From positions 1 through 32,292 of the forward strand of contig MQRL01509441.1 of NCBI GenBank assembly GCA_001938525.1: DNA of 32,292 nt, in the 5' to 3' direction. A model generated the notes under the pieces. It was given only the letters and a program-made list of their open reading frames with translations, was not told the DNA's origin and ran no database searches. How positions within the stretch are numbered: position 1 is the first letter of the stretch; each line of letters opens with the position of its first letter. Both the position numbers and the translations under genes were made by a program. The stretch comes from Dugesia japonica. Taxonomy: Eukaryota. This document shows, piece by piece, positions 27,701 to 32,292 of the stretch.

Positions 27701-30700
27701 TGCGAAGTGTTTCAAACGCCAATCAAATGATGAAAAAACAATCTGGCATTAATACTGATAGTATTAGAAATTACCATTCTATAGACAGTAATGGACTTTT
27801 ATCGATAGACGATTCCATGAAAAATGGAAAACTGCATAATCGATATGAAGAAGACTGCATGTAAAAATTTTATTTTTATGAGTGTTTAATTTTAATTATT
27901 GAAGAGAATATTTCATAGAATCGATTATATAAATTATTTAAAATTAATTAAGCACCAATTAAATAAAACTTCGATAGAATATCTTGTAAGGTATTTTTAA
28001 GTATGTAAATGAATTTGGTATGTATTATTTTCAAGTTTTTTTTAAAACATAAAATAAGCTTCATGAGTTCCAGTCAAATTCGTGACCACTGTTAACTTTC
28101 TCTCTTCTTTACTGTGCAGTCTGTAAACCAAGATTTGATATTTGGTTTATAAATCTTATAAATCTTAAAATTTCCAAATATCATTTGATTTATGATAAAT
28201 TACTTTATTATTATTGTAAAATTTTTCAGAAATTTATAATAATAATATAATATAATATTATTATTATTTATTGAAGTTCCGATAAGAAAAATCTCAAGGC
28301 AACCAAAAATTACATAAAATTAAGAGGTTGTGTAATATCTTTTATTCTGTGTAGCGTTCAACAAAATATGATTTAAAATTTAGCACATTAACATAAATCC
28401 AGTTGCCGGTGACTTGATAAAAAATGGACCGTTCGGATTTAAATAATTTCAAATGAAAATTTGCATGATCAATTTCATTCAAATTACATTTACTTAACAC
28501 AAAATTTATTTTTAAAGGCAATTTATTCTTGCTATTTATTCGTAATAAGATCAACAAAGTACGTATTGTTTATTTAATTCACGTCTCGAATAATATGTTA
28601 TCAATAAATATCACAATAACCAATTCATTTCACACATTGAATCAATTANTGATTTATACGCAATTTGTTGTATTTATTTATTTTAGATAAATGTAATCTT
28701 ACATTGTTTGCATTGATGAACGCGCTAGTACTGTGTTGAAATATCGTTTCTTTATTGCATCACGAAAAATAGGAATTTCATTAATTAATTAATTACTTTC
28801 ATTAATGGTGAATTTTTAAAATTTTAGGTATTTATGATTTAAAATCATTTAATCCATAGTAATTTTCAAAGAAAATGTACTCGTTAACATTATGGCATTT
28901 AATATCTTTTAAAGTCTGATTGTCAAAGAATGTCATTTGTAGTATAGTTTAAAGATATCATATATAGAGGTCCGCAACATTAATTACAGCCTTAGATTGT
29001 CAAAATATATTCAATATGAATATCCAAATGTATAACTAAGAAACAAAATACGAAACCAATGTCGTGCATTTGGTGATTAACATCACTTAAAATAAGTTTC
29101 AAAACAATATATCATATGCAAGCATGATTATTTATCTATAGTAGTATCTCGCAAACTTTGTGCAGTGGCACATTAGTGTGCTGCGATGAAATCCAAGAGA
29201 AATGCCGCAAGAGATTTTAAAGTTTAATAAAGTTCTAGAATCTAGAACAGTGTCTCGCAAACCTTTTTAGTCTGCGTCACACCAAAATATAAATTTTTTT
29301 CTAGAATATAGAAAAATTCTAGATTTTTATTGGTAATATACGGTGTATAATATATAGAATGGACAAGTATTTAAAACAGAATGAATGAAAAAAAATTGGT
29401 GTGCCGCGGGAAAAAAATGTATATTTTGGTGTGCCGCAGACTAAAAAAGTTTGCGAGACACTGATCTATCGGAAACTTTTCAAAGTTATTCTCAAATTAA
29501 TTGCTTATTTATATTTTTATATATATATATATATATATATCTGTTGTAATTATACTAATGTACAACTATTCCAGCAATAAATTTTATTACTTAAAAATTA
29601 CATTTACTTATCATTCTGTTTTTCTAATATCTTCTGCAAAATAACTGGTATATTCGATATTGATTAATTGAAATTATAGAGATAAAAATCATATTAAAAG
29701 ATATTTAAGACCTTGACAGTTTATCCCGAGCGTGACTCGGGCAATGCATTTATTTACGTATCTCGAGCGCCATTAGGCAGCATACACCAAACAATTATTA
29801 AATAAATCTTAATAAAACGTTGTTTTTGTTTATTTTTTTGCTTTTATTATTCTTGATTTTTAATAAAAAACAACTATCTTGAGTTATCATGCACATAAAT
29901 AATTAGACTGTTAAGTAGTTAAAAGGTTATATAAAGGTTATGAAGGATTTATTAGTGAAAATATTCACAAAATCAAAGCTTTGATTCTATGTTAACTACA
30001 CTACTTTCTCTTCAATCTGATAATGGATTGAAAAAAATGTTTATTATAAATTAAGAATTCCTTTATTAATGCATATAATCCAAATATCTAGTAAACACGT
30101 AACGAAAATGTGCAAAGCGGAAAATTTCTGGATTCATAAATTTTCTATAGGTTTCTTTGTATTTATTTAATATAAATTTACATTACTTAAATTTTCTGAT
30201 GTTTTATTGATTATTTTTGTAAAAAAATTTATATTACGAAAATAATTTTTTCCGATGAAAAAATTTTCAGTGATCAACGATAATCGAGATTATCAAATTC
30301 TGCACTTTTTTGAAATATACATCCAATAATTTTTTAACTATTGTTAAGGAAATAATATTTAGCTTTTCAATTATAAATAATAGTTAATTATTTAACTTTT
30401 TTGTTTCTAAAATATACAATATACATATACAATAAATAATTTATGCAATGCTGGTAAACATTTAAAATAACTTATAATTACCAATATATATTTTTATNTA
30501 AAAATTCTAATTTTACAAGTAGATTCTTATTTTTGATTCTGAGTTTTATTTTATTTAATATGGCCATTATGAAAAATGGAAATATTTTTTGGTGTTTATT
30601 TAAAATTAGTTTATTCTGAGAGCGCCCGTGATTCCCGTAATTTTTTTATTTATTTTTAATTTTCAATTTGAAAATAAGAATATTTAGCCAAAATATTTTT

Positions 30701-31718
30701 TTTTGTTTGAATTAAAAAAAGAGGAATAAATCTTATTATTTATAAAATGAAACGTTAGTAATTATTTGCTGAATTATTTCAGTATACAAAACATTGCGAA
30801 TAAATTGTCTTGCACCATTTAGTAACGGTTCTTTTAATTCACACAAAAATGCAACGGTTAATCAAATCTACTTCTTCACCCAAAACTAATTCAAATATCC
30901 GTTAACAGTTATGGTATATTAGTTTGCTAATTCCAACACACTTATACAAATTATTATTGACTTTTTTACTTGTGTGCGAGCGTTCCAGAGTGACTCAGTT
31001 AGTGAATTGGGTGTTTATATTATAAATGTTTTTCGTAAAAGTGCGATGATCATTAATAACTTTTCCTTGATAAAGTTATTCGTAAAGGTCATTTTTATCT
31101 TTTAAGATTTTGAGTCTCATTTTTGTATTTTAAATAAATGCTAAATTTTTTTCATTTTTTTTACAAATATTTNNNNNNNNNNNNNNNNNNNNNNNNNNNN
31201 NNNNNNNNNNNNNNNNNNNNNNNNNNNATGTTTTGTTCTTTTAAATATGTAAAATCTGTATTACAGGTCAAAATCAATGATGGCTTCAAACAATCATTGT
31301 CTTGTTATTGAGATTCTCATTAGTAATTTCAATTATTTCTTTCCTAACCAATCAAGTTAGTAAAGAAAATTTATTACAAGATTTATATGTAAATATTTGT
31401 TTAGCTCAATTTTCATCAAGCATTCCACCGAAGGTCTTTCCAAATAACTTGCGAACCAAACGCCAAAATAGTTTTAACGGTCTCAGTTCAAGTGATTGTT
31501 CACACAATAAACATAAAATAAATATACCGTCGTCATCTTCTAAAAATATTCCTATCGATTATGGTGGTGAATTAAATGTAAATAAATCAAAACCTCAATC
31601 TTCTATGTCAACTCAGTATCCCCGTAGAGTATCCATGGATTCCTCAACACCTACTGATATTTCAACATCTTTTACCAAATCTTTAGCAACCACACCAACA
31701 GGTGCTGAGAGTTTGTAA
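520..31718 (+). CDS. ARHGAP17/ARHGAP44-like: Multi-exon BAR-domain Rho GTPase-activating protein (ARHGAP17/ARHGAP44/SH3BP1 family), 5' part outside the window or in the N gap
   Basis: Nine AG..GT-bounded exons with matching phases (0,0,1,0,0,2,2,1) total 1741 nt = 1 nt + 580 codons including stop. The translation follows the RICH-family order: BAR helices, [20 protein letters not shown] (arginine finger), [42 protein letters not shown], then a Ser/Thr/Pro-rich tail. Confidence 0.92.
1124..2648 (-). mobile_element. Degenerate Merlin/ISXO2 (IS1595-like) DNA transposon with long imperfect terminal inverted repeats
   Basis: Minus strand about 1935-2100 reads [38 protein letters not shown] (TD.W.AY and H.TVNH motifs). 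Segments 1127-1165 and 1285-1365 are reverse-complementary to 2530-2648. Confidence 0.7.
2241..2436. mobile_element. Fold-back MITE with about 60-bp inverted arms
   Basis: 2241-2300 versus the reverse complement of 2377-2436: about 50/60 identical by eye. Confidence 0.75.
3431..3664 (+). CDS. BAR-RhoGAP exon B (Ser/Asn-rich insert plus BAR helix)
   Basis: aattag|AGT acceptor, phase 0; open frame ending [21 protein letters not shown]; donor AAA|gtaatt at 3665. Confidence 0.85.
3975..4330 (-). pseudogene. IS630/Tc1-superfamily (Gambol-like) DD34E transposase C-terminal remnant
   Basis: [46 protein letters not shown]; 34 residues between D and E; internal stops. Confidence 0.8.
4500..4952 (+). 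pseudogene. Internally deleted IS630/Tc1-superfamily transposase (HTH N-terminus fused to the extreme C-terminus)
   Basis: [20 protein letters not shown]...[21 protein letters not shown]...IDR* then [18 protein letters not shown]; no DDE core; in-frame stops. Confidence 0.7.
5359..5386 (+). mobile_element. Orphan Tc2/pogo-type terminal inverted repeat
   Basis: ta|ctgtattttcaagtgtataagccgcac resembles Tc2-type ends (CCGTATTTT..G..TATAAG.CGCAC); the partner end may lie in the adjacent gap. Confidence 0.35.
7979..8260 (+). repeat. Dispersed repeat, copy 1 (unclassified)
   Basis: Shares blocks with 9574-9830, e.g. tttaatcttatattggtaagg and cgtggaagtatttagaattaatgttatttagagatttttgtaaaaca. Confidence 0.85.
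8692..8842 (+). CDS. BAR-RhoGAP exon C (end of BAR)
   Basis: tttttag|GAT acceptor; [50 protein letters not shown] (A.YH motif of the last BAR helix); donor G|gttaac at 8843, phase 1. Absent from the ORF track. Confidence 0.88.
9574..9830 (+). repeat. Dispersed repeat, copy 2 (cut by gap)
   Basis: Direct-orientation diverged copy of 7979-8260. Confidence 0.85.
10399..10590 (-). pseudogene. hAT (Charlie/Buster, ZBED5-like) transposase C-terminal remnant
   Basis: [17 protein letters not shown]...[21 protein letters not shown] matches the Buster C-terminal pattern SY.CE.GFS...KQ.Q.SH*. Confidence 0.8.
10990..11076 (-). repeat. Partial inverted copy of the solo-LTR family
   Basis: Reverse complement begins TGTTAGATGAGTTTGAAGTA..GGATAATTAATG..TTTCCATAAAAGATTTATTCACAAAACAAAACTA, as at 14033 and 24544. 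Confidence 0.8.
11112..12554. mobile_element. Non-autonomous hAT/Charlie-type element enclosing a gypsy fragment
   Basis: Ends gaatggttctcaaac ... gtttggaaaccactg (CAGTGGTT..CAAAC-type TIR); flanking 8-mers ggttaaat / ggttacag (6/8) fit a decayed 8-bp TSD. Confidence 0.65.
11275..12360 (-). pseudogene. Ty3/gypsy LTR-retrotransposon integrase remnant
   Basis: Three frameshifted ORFs: zinc-binding region (HEKLC.LG..YYWPEM..CVIC), [60 protein letters not shown]; purine tract agaagaaggg downstream. Confidence 0.9.
14033..14461 (+). mobile_element. Solo LTR (TG...CA), copy with decayed TSD
   Basis: Colinear with 24544-25008 from TGTTAG to CATACTC(A/G)CA; flanks tacat/cacct match only 3/5. Confidence 0.75.
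14780..15490 (+). pseudogene. hAT-superfamily transposase remnant
   Basis: [60 protein letters not shown]; many stops and frameshifts. Confidence 0.8.
15580..15979 (+). pseudogene. Ty3/gypsy integrase C-terminal remnant
   Basis: [14 protein letters not shown] and [30 protein letters not shown] (GPY module). Confidence 0.88.
15990..16276 (+). mobile_element. 3' LTR of the adjacent gypsy remnant
   Basis: Polypurine tract gaggggga (15982-15989) directly followed by TGTAAGG; ends CCATACA (6/7 inverted match). Confidence 0.75.
16695..17285 (-). pseudogene. IS630/Tc1-superfamily DD35E transposase remnant (Gambol/Hiker-like)
   Basis: [59 protein letters not shown]; 35 residues D to E; repeated (g)a(a/t)atagtaaa subterminal motifs at 16458-16545. 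Confidence 0.85.
17370..18021 (+). pseudogene. maT (DD37D-type) Tc1/mariner transposase remnant
   Basis: [79 protein letters not shown]; the third catalytic residue region is deleted, so the spacing is not directly countable. Confidence 0.85.
18261..18388 (+). CDS. BAR-RhoGAP exon D (start of RhoGAP)
   Basis: ttcattcag|CC acceptor, phase 1; [43 protein letters not shown]; donor GAG|gtaata at 18389. Confidence 0.92.
18837..20066 (+). mobile_element. Near full-length defective mariner (DD34D, cecropia-type) with TA TSD
   Basis: 30-bp TIRs ttaggttggtacgaaaataattgcggtttt / aaaacctcaattattttcttacaaacctaa (27/30), TA on both sides. Disrupted transposase about 19019-19990: [26 protein letters not shown]-(34)[10 protein letters not shown], [14 protein letters not shown]. 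Confidence 0.95.
20959..21237 (+). mobile_element. 5' fragment of a second mariner family
   Basis: TIR-like tatcacgccggcaagaatgtaatgtcgttttt; from 21141 [32 protein letters not shown], a mariner N-terminal pattern. Confidence 0.7.
21400..22050 (-). pseudogene. Heavily decayed Tc1-like remnant
   Basis: [30 protein letters not shown] resembles the Tc1 GRP.K.T.R linker; the remainder is barely recognisable. Confidence 0.4.
23076..23251. mobile_element. pogo/Tigger-type MITE (176 bp)
   Basis: ta|cagtcgaacctccatataacg ... cgttatagaaaggttcgattg|ta; internal repeats of the gacgttatag motif. Confidence 0.85.
23400..23500 (+). pseudogene. Short Tc1-like transposase remnant
   Basis: [26 protein letters not shown] resembles VMVWGCI...G.G.LV.IEG.MD...Y..IL. 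Confidence 0.45.
23860..23907 (+). CDS. BAR-RhoGAP exon E (arginine finger, 48 nt)
   Basis: cattttag|GGA acceptor; [16 protein letters not shown]; donor TCA|gtatgt at 23908. Confidence 0.92.
23984..24132 (+). CDS. BAR-RhoGAP exon F (RhoGAP core)
   Basis: ttattcag|AGC acceptor after a 76-nt intron; [49 protein letters not shown]; donor AA|gtcagt at 24133, phase 2. Confidence 0.93.
24544..25008 (+). mobile_element. Solo LTR with a perfect 5-bp TSD
   Basis: atgtt|TGTTAG ... ACTCGCA|atgtt; colinear with 14033-14461. Confidence 0.88.
25270..25450 (-). pseudogene. Tc1 transposase fragment
   Basis: [47 protein letters not shown]. Confidence 0.8.
25449..25977. mobile_element. Probable hAT-type non-autonomous remnant
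   Basis: Clustered gaatccgaa subterminal motifs at 25450-25482 and 25905-25960, ending cagaaacccta (TAGGG-type end). Confidence 0.4.
27456..27860 (+). CDS. BAR-RhoGAP exon G (RhoGAP C-terminal half plus insert)
   Basis: cttatag|T acceptor, phase 2; [43 protein letters not shown] then a low-complexity run; donor AT|gtaaaa at 27861 matches the phase of the next exon. Confidence 0.9.
29142..29463. mobile_element. Charlie-type hAT MITE with an extra internal inverted end
   Basis: atctatag|tagtatctcgcaaact ... agtttgcgagacactg|atctatcg (TSD 7/8); third end cagtgtctcgcaaac at 29248. Confidence 0.85.
29518..29540. repeat. (TA)n microsatellite
   Basis: Run of tatata. Confidence 0.9.
31267..31355 (+). 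CDS. BAR-RhoGAP exon H (last RhoGAP helix)
   Basis: ttacag|G acceptor; (M)[29 protein letters not shown] matches the RhoGAP terminal helix pattern V.E.LI.....FFP; donor A|gttagt at 31356, phase 1. Confidence 0.85.
31405..31718 (+). CDS. BAR-RhoGAP exon I (Ser/Thr/Pro-rich tail); 3' end uncertain
   Basis: tttgtttag|CT acceptor after a 49-nt intron; [24 protein letters not shown]...TPTGAESL*. The TAA overlaps a possible donor gtaaaa at 31715. Confidence 0.75.
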
Positions 31719-31896
31719 AAATACTTCAATAATATATGTAATATGTAAAAATGAATTAATTCATAATTGAAGTTTTTTTAATAATTAAATCATCACTTAA
31801 TTAATTAATTAAATAATCAATTAATTAAAAGGTCATATTAATTGCAAAAATAAATTGTTTCATATGATTTGCCGTAGCTGATTTTCTAATCACTTT

Positions 31897-31965
31897 CAAG
31901 CGTGGTCAACAGTTTTTGTCCGTGGGTCAGATTGGAAAGAAAACTTTTTTTCAAGTGGCCGGATT
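31897..31965 (+). mobile_element. hAT/Charlie-like terminal fragment
   Basis: caagcgtggtcaacagtttttgtccgtgggtcagatt...ggccggat resembles CAGG..GG.CAAC..GGGCC.GAT ends; no partner found in the window. Confidence 0.4.
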
Positions 31966-32292
31966 AAATATTAAAATAAATAAATGTTAAATATGTTGGG
32001 TTATTAGGATTTTGATGTTTTGAATAAGAATTAGATATCTACACTTTGAACCTCAGTTCATTTTTGTAGATAAATAAATTTGATTTATCATCTAGTGGCA
32101 TACCTAAAAACCACAAGCATTTGTGTCATCTCTGTGACATGCCCCTCATTCCACGGATTCAACGCGACGTTGTGGTATCGCGTCTTATCAATCTCTTTTA
32201 TGAACCCCAATTACCACCTTTTCCATTTGCTCAGTATGCATTCACCATAATGGATAAATAATAAAAATGGTCATACATAACCGTTAATAAAT

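Noticed and set aside
29706-31090. ttaagaccttgac...cccgagcgtgactcggg palindrome as a possible element end
   Set aside because: No convincing partner TIR or TSD found.
31302-31404. Hydrophobic N-terminus of ORF 31302-31718 resembling a signal peptide
   Set aside because: It is an out-of-frame reading of exon H plus the 49-nt intron, not a separate secreted protein.

Overview
Very AT-rich, gapped (N-run) eukaryotic genomic DNA, most likely an invertebrate animal; the species cannot be named from the sequence. Almost the whole window is the body of one spliced + strand gene: nine GT-AG exons (520-742, 3431-3664, 8692-8842, 18261-18388, 23860-23907, 23984-24132, 27456-27860, 31267-31355, 31405-31718) join in phase into a 5'-truncated ORF of about 579 aa. 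It encodes a BAR + RhoGAP protein of the ARHGAP17/ARHGAP44/SH3BP1 (RICH/Nadrin, RhoGAP92B) family, with long Ser/Asn-rich insertions inside both domains. The large introns are filled with dead transposons: Merlin, IS630/Gambol-like DD34E and DD35E, Tc1, maT-type, a cecropia-type mariner with Hsmar1-like TIRs, hAT/Charlie elements, Ty3/gypsy integrase remnants, solo LTRs and MITEs. I found no RNA genes, no CRISPR array and no convincing new multi-gene system. The best leads are the domain insertions and some chimeric transposon structures. All family assignments come from reading motifs by eye, not from database searches.
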